Assembly: GCA_027046565.1 (NCBI GenBank)
Contig: JALTXW010000034.1
Coordinates: 1-41,788, forward strand
Reading direction: 5' to 3'
Source: Candidatus Parcubacteria bacterium
Lineage (GTDB): Bacteria > Patescibacteriota > Minisyncoccia > Minisyncoccales > S141-161
DNA length: 41,788 bases
Part shown: piece after piece, positions 37,960 through 41,788 of the stretch
How the letters are laid out: each line of letters starts with the position of its first letter
Numbering within the stretch: position 1 is the first letter of the stretch
The notes under the pieces: model-generated
What the model saw: only the letters and a program-made list of their open reading frames with translations
Databases searched by the model: none
What the model was told of the DNA's origin: nothing
Made by a program: the position numbers and the translations under genes

Positions 37960-38186
37960 AAAGTATCCGAAACTCTGCCTTTTTTCCAATCTTCAAGAGC
38001 TCTCTTAAAAGAGGCCTTTAGAGCTGAAGGATTATCATAATTTTCAAAAGAATCTTCTGGAAAAGCAGATGCTAACTCTTTAAGAACAAGGCGAGAGAAT
38101 TCGGACAAAGAAAGGCCATAGCGCAAAGCTAACTGTTTGAGATGTTCCATTTCTTTTTTACTCAAAGAAATGTTGAGATTGGGCAT
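37956..38186 (-). CDS. Putative antitoxin (RHH-like N-terminus)
   Basis: LNISLS..E...LK.LA...GLSLSEF.R; ALEDWKKGRV tail; upstream of the toxin. Confidence 0.72.
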   Translation of the reverse strand: MPNLNISLSKKEMEHLKQLALRYGLSLSEFSRLVLKELASAFPEDSFENYDNPSALKASFKRALEDWKKGRVSDTL

Positions 38187-38252
38187 AGTTAATTGAAATT
38201 ACCTTTTCTCGACATCTTAACAAAAAGCTTTTTAGAAATCAATTTAAAAACC

Positions 38253-41066
38253 TTAGTTTAAAACCTTCTTTAAAAACTTTCCGGTTAAGCTTTGAGGATT
38301 TTGAGCTATATCTTTAGGAGTTCCTTCCGCAACAATCTTACCTCCTTCTTCTCCCCCTCCAGGCCCTAAATCTATAATCCAATCTGCATTTTTCAAAACA
38401 TCTAAGTTATGCTCTACTACCAAAACGGTATTTCCTCGGTTTACCAATTCTCTTAAAACTTTCAAAAGCTTTAAGACATCTTCAGAATGCAAACCGGTAG
38501 TAGGTTCGTCTAAAATGTAAAAAGTTTTTCCAGTAGCTTTTTTAGAAAGCTCTGCTGCTAACTTAATCCTTTGAGCCTCACCCCCAGATAAGGTAGTAGC
38601 GGGTTGGCCCAACTGCAAATAACCTAAACCAACTTCATCTAAAAGTTTTAACCTTTGGTATAAAGGAGGGATATTTTTAAAGAACTCTAAAGCTTCCCTT
38701 ACTGTCATCTCTAAAACTTCAGCTATATTTTTACCTTTGTAAGTGATGCTTAAAGTTTCCAAATTGTATCTCTTCCCTTTGCAATCTTGGCATTCCACAT
38801 AGATATCTGGCAAAAAGTACATCTCAATCTTTTTTACCCCTTGTCCTTCACAGCTTTCACACCTTCCACCTTTCAAATTGAAGCTAAACCTTCCAGGTTT
38901 AAACCCTCGAGCCCGAGCTTCTTTAGTTTTGGAAAAAAGATCTCTAATGTAAGAGAAAACTCCAGTATAAGTTGCGGGATTAGACCTTGGAGTTCTGCCA
39001 ATTGGAGATTGATCTACAAAGACAACTTTATCAATGTTTTCTAAACCTAAAATTTTATCGTGCTTACCAGGTTCTTCTTTAGAATTATAAAAGTGTTTCT
39101 TTAAAGCTTTAGCTAAAATATCCTCTACCAAGCTACTTTTACCAGAGCCTGAAACCCCACTGACACAAACAAAGTTTCCCAAAGGGATTTTAACGGTGAT
39201 ATTTTTTAAATTATGCTCTTTAGCTCCTTTTATTATCAATAACTTCTCTAACTTTGGTTTATCTTTCTTTAAAACCTCAACCTTCTTTTTACCGGAAAGA
39301 TAAAGTCCAGTTAGAGCTTGAGATCTCTTTAACTCTTCTGGTGTTCCTTCAAAAACCACCTTCCCTCCCTCTTTCCCTGCTCCAGGACCTAACTCAATTA
39401 CCCAATCTGCATTCTTGATAGTTTCCAAATCGTGTTCAACCACAATCACAGTATTTCCTAAATCTCTTAAAGCTTTTAAATTTTTAATTAGCTTAGACTG
39501 ATCTGAAGGATGCAAGCCAATTGAAGGTTCATCTAAAATATACAAAACTCCAGAAAGCTGAGAGCCAATTTGAGTAGCCAATCTCACCCTTTCAGCTTCT
39601 CCTCCAGAAAGAGTATCTATCCTCCGAGACAAAGAAAGGTAACCTAATCCTACTTCTATCAAGAAAGACAATCTCTTTTGAATTTCTTTTAAAATAGGTA
39701 AAGCTATCTTAAGCTTTTCTTTACTCAAAGCTTCTTCTTTGCTTAATCTCTTTATCTTCCCTGCAATAAAATCTTTTAAAAAGCTTTCTAATTCAGTCAA
39801 ATACATATCTTCAAGTTCAGCTATATTCTTCCCTCCTACATAAACAGCTAAAGCTTCTTTTCTTAATCTTTTTCCCTTACAAGCTTCACAAACTTTCTCT
39901 CTCATATACTGCTCTATTTCAGCTTTGGTATATTCTGAATCTGTTTCTAAATACCTCCTTTCTAATTGAGGAATTACTCCTTCAAATTCTTGATCTCCGT
40001 ATAAAATTACTTTTAAAACTTCAGGGTCTAGCTCTTTTATAGGTTGATACAAAGAAAACCCATATCTTTGAGAAAGCTCTTCTAACTTCCACCAAAAGTA
40101 GCTTTGCCTTCCTATCCGATGTGATGCTCGCATCCAAGGCCGGATTGCACCTTCTGCAATGCTTAAATCTTTGTTGGGAATAACTAACTCGGGATCTACT
40201 TCTAACCTTTCTCCTAAACCTTGACACTTAGGGCAAGCTCCATAAGGAGAATTAAAAGAAAAAAGGCGAGGTTCTAAATCTGGCAAAGAAAGATTACAAA
40301 CAGGACAAGCTAAATTTTGAGAAAAGTAAATATCTTTTTTCTTCTGGTTCAAAAAAGCTACTATTAAAGACCCCGAAGAAAGTTTCAAACCAGCTTCTAC
40401 CGAATCTGCTAATCTGCTTCTTTCTAACTCTGAATTTAGGATCAACCTGTCAATTACAGCTTCAAGGTTGTGTTTCTTATTCTTATCTAACTGAGGAACC
40501 TCTTCAATCCTGTAAATTTTGCCATCTACTCTTACTCTTAAAATTCCTTTTTTAGCCAAATCTTCCAAAAGTTCTTTGTGGGTACCTTTTCTTCCTTTAA
40601 CTAAAGGAGCTAAAATTGCAACTTGAGAGTTTGGAGGTAAGCTTAAAATTTGGTTAACAATCTGATCCACACTTTGCTTTTGAACTAATCTCTTACATTT
40701 AGGACATTTAGGAACCCCTATTCTTGCAAAGAGTAATCTCAAATAGTCATGGATTTCAGTAGTAGTGCCTACAGTAGAACGAGGATTGTAACTTCCTTTC
40801 TTTTGTTCTATGGCTATAGCAGGGTTAATATTTTCAATCTTTTCTACCTCTGGCTTTTGCATCACTCCTAAAAATTGGCGAGCGTAAGCTGATAAACTCT
40901 CTATATACCTTCTTTGCCCCTCAGCATACAAAGTATCAAAAGCTAAAGAAGATTTCCCTGAACCTGAAACTCCGGTAATCACCACTAACTTTTCTTTAGG
41001 AATATCCAAATTTATATTCTTGAGATTGTGAACTTTAGCTCCCCTAACTTTGATAAAACTTCCCAT
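38253..41066 (-). CDS. uvrA: Excinuclease ABC subunit A
   Basis: Two [29 protein letters not shown], zinc fingers, [15 protein letters not shown]. Confidence 0.99.
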   Translation of the reverse strand: MGSFIKVRGAKVHNLKNINLDIPKEKLVVITGVSGSGKSSLAFDTLYAEGQRRYIESLSAYARQFLGVMQKPEVEKIENINPAIAIEQKKGSYNPRSTVGTTTEIHDYLRLLFARIGVPKCPKCKRLVQKQSVDQIVNQILSLPPNSQVAILAPLVKGRKGTHKELLEDLAKKGILRVRVDGKIYRIEEVPQLDKNKKHNLEAVIDRLILNSELERSRLADSVEAGLKLSSGSLIVAFLNQKKKDIYFSQNLACPVCNLSLPDLEPRLFSFNSPYGACPKCQGLGERLEVDPELVIPNKDLSIAEGAIRPWMRASHRIGRQSYFWWKLEELSQRYGFSLYQPIKELDPEVLKVILYGDQEFEGVIPQLERRYLETDSEYTKAEIEQYMREKVCEACKGKRLRKEALAVYVGGKNIAELEDMYLTELESFLKDFIAGKIKRLSKEEALSKEKLKIALPILKEIQKRLSFLIEVGLGYLSLSRRIDTLSGGEAERVRLATQIGSQLSGVLYILDEPSIGLHPSDQSKLIKNLKALRDLGNTVIVVEHDLETIKNADWVIELGPGAGKEGGKVVFEGTPEELKRSQALTGLYLSGKKKVEVLKKDKPKLEKLLIIKGAKEHNLKNITVKIPLGNFVCVSGVSGSGKSSLVEDILAKALKKHFYNSKEEPGKHDKILGLENIDKVVFVDQSPIGRTPRSNPATYTGVFSYIRDLFSKTKEARARGFKPGRFSFNLKGGRCESCEGQGVKKIEMYFLPDIYVECQDCKGKRYNLETLSITYKGKNIAEVLEMTVREALEFFKNIPPLYQRLKLLDEVGLGYLQLGQPATTLSGGEAQRIKLAAELSKKATGKTFYILDEPTTGLHSEDVLKLLKVLRELVNRGNTVLVVEHNLDVLKNADWIIDLGPGGGEEGGKIVAEGTPKDIAQNPQSLTGKFLKKVLN

Positions 41067-41115
41067 AAAAGTTTGCTTATTTTACAAATTTTCCTTAAAT
41101 AAATCAATAATAACT

Positions 41116-41784
41116 ATGAAGCTTACTTTTAGCTTAAAGGAGATAGCTGAAATTCCTGAAGTTCCTGGGGTTTATATTTTCTTTGACCAGAACCTTAAAC
41201 CTTTATATATTGGCAAGGCCCAAAACCTAAAAAGAAGAGTAAAAGATCACTTTGTTAACATTGGCTTTAAAGAAAGCTTATGGTTAGATAAAGCTTTTAA
41301 AGTTAAGATTGTGCCTACAGATTCTCAAATTTCAGCTTTGCTCTTGGAAGCTAAGTTAATTAAAAAGCTTCAACCCAAATTCAATGTCCTTTGGAAAGAT
41401 GACAAAAAGTACTTTTATTTGGAAATAAAAGAAGGTAAAGGTTATCCTTACTTGAAGTTAACCCATCAACCAGATCTTAAAAACTCAAAAGTTATAGGAC
41501 CTTTTACCTCTGGCACCGATTTAAAAAGAACTTTAAGATTTTTAAGAAAAATATTTCCTTTTTACACTCAAGCCCAACACCCTAAAAAAGAGTGCCAATG
41601 GTGCCAACTTAAAATGTGCCCAGGCCCTAAAGCTAACTTAAAGGAAGTAAAAGAAAACTTAAAAAATATTGAAAATATCTTTAAATTCCTTCTTACTTAT
41701 TCAAAGATTCCTCCCGACTTTCTTCAAAAGTTCCATCTCGATAATTTTCCATTCTGGACTTCTTCTTCACTCTTTTACATTTAA
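41116..41784 (+). CDS. uvrC: UvrC N-terminal GIY-YIG nuclease; similarity appears to end near 41680 (truncated or Cho-like)
   Basis: PGVYIF...LYIGKA.NLK.RV, ALLLEA.LIK...P.FN...KDDK, GPF, C....L..CPGP. Confidence 0.75.
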   Translation: MKLTFSLKEIAEIPEVPGVYIFFDQNLKPLYIGKAQNLKRRVKDHFVNIGFKESLWLDKAFKVKIVPTDSQISALLLEAKLIKKLQPKFNVLWKDDKKYFYLEIKEGKGYPYLKLTHQPDLKNSKVIGPFTSGTDLKRTLRFLRKIFPFYTQAQHPKKECQWCQLKMCPGPKANLKEVKENLKNIENIFKFLLTYSKIPPDFLQKFHLDNFPFWTSSSLFYI

Positions 41785-41788
41785 TACA

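Overview
AT-rich (roughly one-third GC by eye), densely coding bacterial window with genetic code 11 (TGA used as stop). Inferred to be Patescibacteria/CPR (Parcubacteria-like) from gene content, the general lack of Shine-Dalgarno sites, the coiled-coil lytic transglycosylase, the output-less HAMP protein and the long NDK. Mostly housekeeping: mrdA, gatB, tmk, ndk, thiI, acyP, suhB, mscS, ppa, a UvrD-nuclease fusion, a P-type ATPase, rpmE, prfA, hup, truB, rplY, htpX, lemA, groESL, uvrA, a truncated uvrC-like gene, tRNA-Gly(TCC) and tRNA-Pro(TGG). There are two accessory patches: a type II restriction-modification pair next to tRNA-Pro, and a 36.57-38.2 kb patch with two SD-led orphan genes, a hairpin and a RelE-like toxin-antitoxin pair. 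The most unusual signals are: (i) a ~60% GC orphan gene with its own promoter, enclosed by a perfect 17-bp inverted repeat that makes its 5' and 3' UTRs complementary; (ii) two families of dispersed REP-like palindromes, one with compensatory base changes; (iii) a stand-alone transcription unit for a 29-aa acidic peptide; (iv) a recurring AAAGGTC motif ~21-34 nt upstream of start codons; (v) several homopolymer, stop-codon or active-site anomalies. All functional calls come from motif recognition only; no searches were run.
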